Source: an uncultured Rubritalea sp.
GTDB lineage: Bacteria; Verrucomicrobiota; Verrucomicrobiia; Verrucomicrobiales; Akkermansiaceae
NCBI GenBank assembly: GCA_937981665.1
Contig: CALJOJ010000057.1
Span: 3,255-27,254, forward strand
Length of the DNA: 24,000 nucleotides
Direction of reading: 5' to 3'
The notes under the pieces are model-generated. The model worked only from the letters and a program-made list of their open reading frames with translations, ran no database searches and had not been told where the DNA came from. This document shows, piece after piece, positions 23,038-24,000 of the stretch; position 1 is the first letter of the stretch; every line of letters begins with the position of its first letter. A program made the translations under genes and the position numbers.

Positions 23038-24000
23038 TTATTTTGTGTCCTGCTGAGCCTCGATAGTATCCAGATAGCGTGGACGCATGTAGGCCTGTAT
23101 GATGAAGCCTAGACCTATGACTATCATGAAGAGTGACAAGTATTGTCCCATTGTGAAGTCGATTCCTAGCAGAGAAACGTCCTCAGTCTCTTGTTGGCGG
23201 AAGTTTTCCATGATGATACGGAAGATCGCGTAGAAAACGAAAAACATGCCAGTGAGTACTCCGTGTGGGAGCCTGCGGAAGCTCATTCTCGTGATGAAGA
23301 GAATGAGAAAGAGACAGAGTCCCTCTCCAGCTGCCTGGAAGAGCTGTGATGGGTAACGTGGCTCTAAAAGATTACCAATCGCCTCTCTAACCATTTCATT
23401 ATCGCGGATGGATTCATTGAGTCTGACACTTTGTTGGCTCATTAATGATGAATAATGCTCAAGCTCTTCAGTACTAAGGCCTGGTCTATTGAGTGATCTT
23501 GCCTCGTTTATATAATTGGCATAGTTTGGATCATGTTGAGCAGCTAGATTTTTTGCATTATCGAGTTGTTGACGCTCTGGCGCTTCTGAGTCAAACAAAG
23601 CATTCGGGAATTTCATCGCCCAGCCGTATGTCTTATCAACTCTACCATAGAGCTCGCCGTTGATGAAATTTGCCAATCTACCGAACATGATGCCGAGTGG
23701 TGCTACTACGCAGAGAGCGTCGCCTAGACCAGTCCATGAGACCTTCTTGATATAGGCATAGATGAGGGTGAAGAGCATAAGTCCTATAATTCCACCGTGA
23801 GATGCCATGCCGCCCTCCCAGACTCGGAAGACCACCAGGGGATCGCCGAGAAATTCATCCCGCTGGTAAAAAATAATATTTCCAATACGACCACCCATAA
23901 AGACTCCGAAGATCGCAGCTAGGGTAATGAAGTCGCTGGCTTTCTCACCAGGAAGTACCCAGAGCTTTTTGTTTCCTAGCCTCTGGAGTAGGAGAAACCC
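23038..24000 (-). CDS. lgt: Prolipoprotein diacylglyceryl transferase, 5' end beyond the window
   Basis: GGRIGNIIFY, HGGIIG, FGRLANFINGELYGR and RYPSQLFQAAGEGL are Lgt signatures. The frame stays open upstream of the track's Met (...GFLLLQRLGNKKLWVLPGEKASDFITLAAIFGVFMGG) to position 24000. Confidence 0.9.
   Translation of the reverse strand, partial: GFLLLQRLGNKKLWVLPGEKASDFITLAAIFGVFMGGRIGNIIFYQRDEFLGDPLVVFRVWEGGMASHGGIIGLMLFTLIYAYIKKVSWTGLGDALCVVAPLGIMFGRLANFINGELYGRVDKTYGWAMKFPNALFDSEAPERQQLDNAKNLAAQHDPNYANYINEARSLNRPGLSTEELEHYSSLMSQQSVRLNESIRDNEMVREAIGNLLEPRYPSQLFQAAGEGLCLFLILFITRMSFRRLPHGVLTGMFFVFYAIFRIIMENFRQQETEDVSLLGIDFTMGQYLSLFMIVIGLGFIIQAYMRPRYLDTIEAQQDTK

Noticed and set aside
1-24000. 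Genomic island, mobile element, CRISPR or defence system signatures
   Set aside because: I recognised no integrase, transposase, recombinase, terminal inverted repeats, tRNA attachment site, spacer-repeat array, or nuclease/helicase/ATPase defence-type genes. By eye, composition does not shift sharply between gene blocks.

Overview
This 24-kb window looks chromosomal. I saw no rRNA, tRNA, CRISPR array, transposase or integrase by eye. I support 21 protein-coding genes, two of them truncated by the window edges, plus two convincing rho-independent terminators. All calls rest on reading motifs in the supplied translations, because no HMM or BLAST search could be run.

The gene content suggests a Verrucomicrobiota/PVC-type genome with mid-40s % GC, which is inference. 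The relevant genes are a prepilin-type N-terminal methylation protein, a DUF1552/DUF1592 pair with CxxCH motifs, a PEP-CTERM protein, and an ECF sigma factor with a FecR+LamG anti-sigma factor.

Layout:
- Minus strand, 563-3510: a tightly coupled redox operon of an FAD/NAD(P) oxidoreductase, a polytopic NapH-like 4Fe-4S membrane protein and a 65-aa acidic 4-Cys protein, ending in a strong terminator.
- Plus strand, 3759-8052: an exported DUF547 protein, a processive GT2 synthase, and a 672-aa fusion of a GT-C-like membrane domain to a TIGR04283-like GT2 domain (rSAM/selenodomain-associated transferase 2).
- Minus strand, 8040-12035: the DUF1592 and DUF1552 genes.
- Minus strand, 12313-15581: the operon arsM-arsS-arsC-TIGR04282/DUF2064, the arsenosugar biosynthesis signature.
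- 15749-24000: an orphan KpsS-like gene, a GT4 gene, a standalone coaB, an inositol monophosphatase family gene, a PEP-CTERM gene, the sigma/anti-sigma pair and a partial lgt.

The most interesting candidate is an extended arsenosugar or arsenolipid-type system. The recognised arsM/arsS/transferase-1 operon lies near a membrane glycosylation module carrying the fused transferase 2, and diverges from a KpsS-like lipid glycosyltransferase homologue. The second candidate is the uncharacterised redox operon with its small Cys protein.
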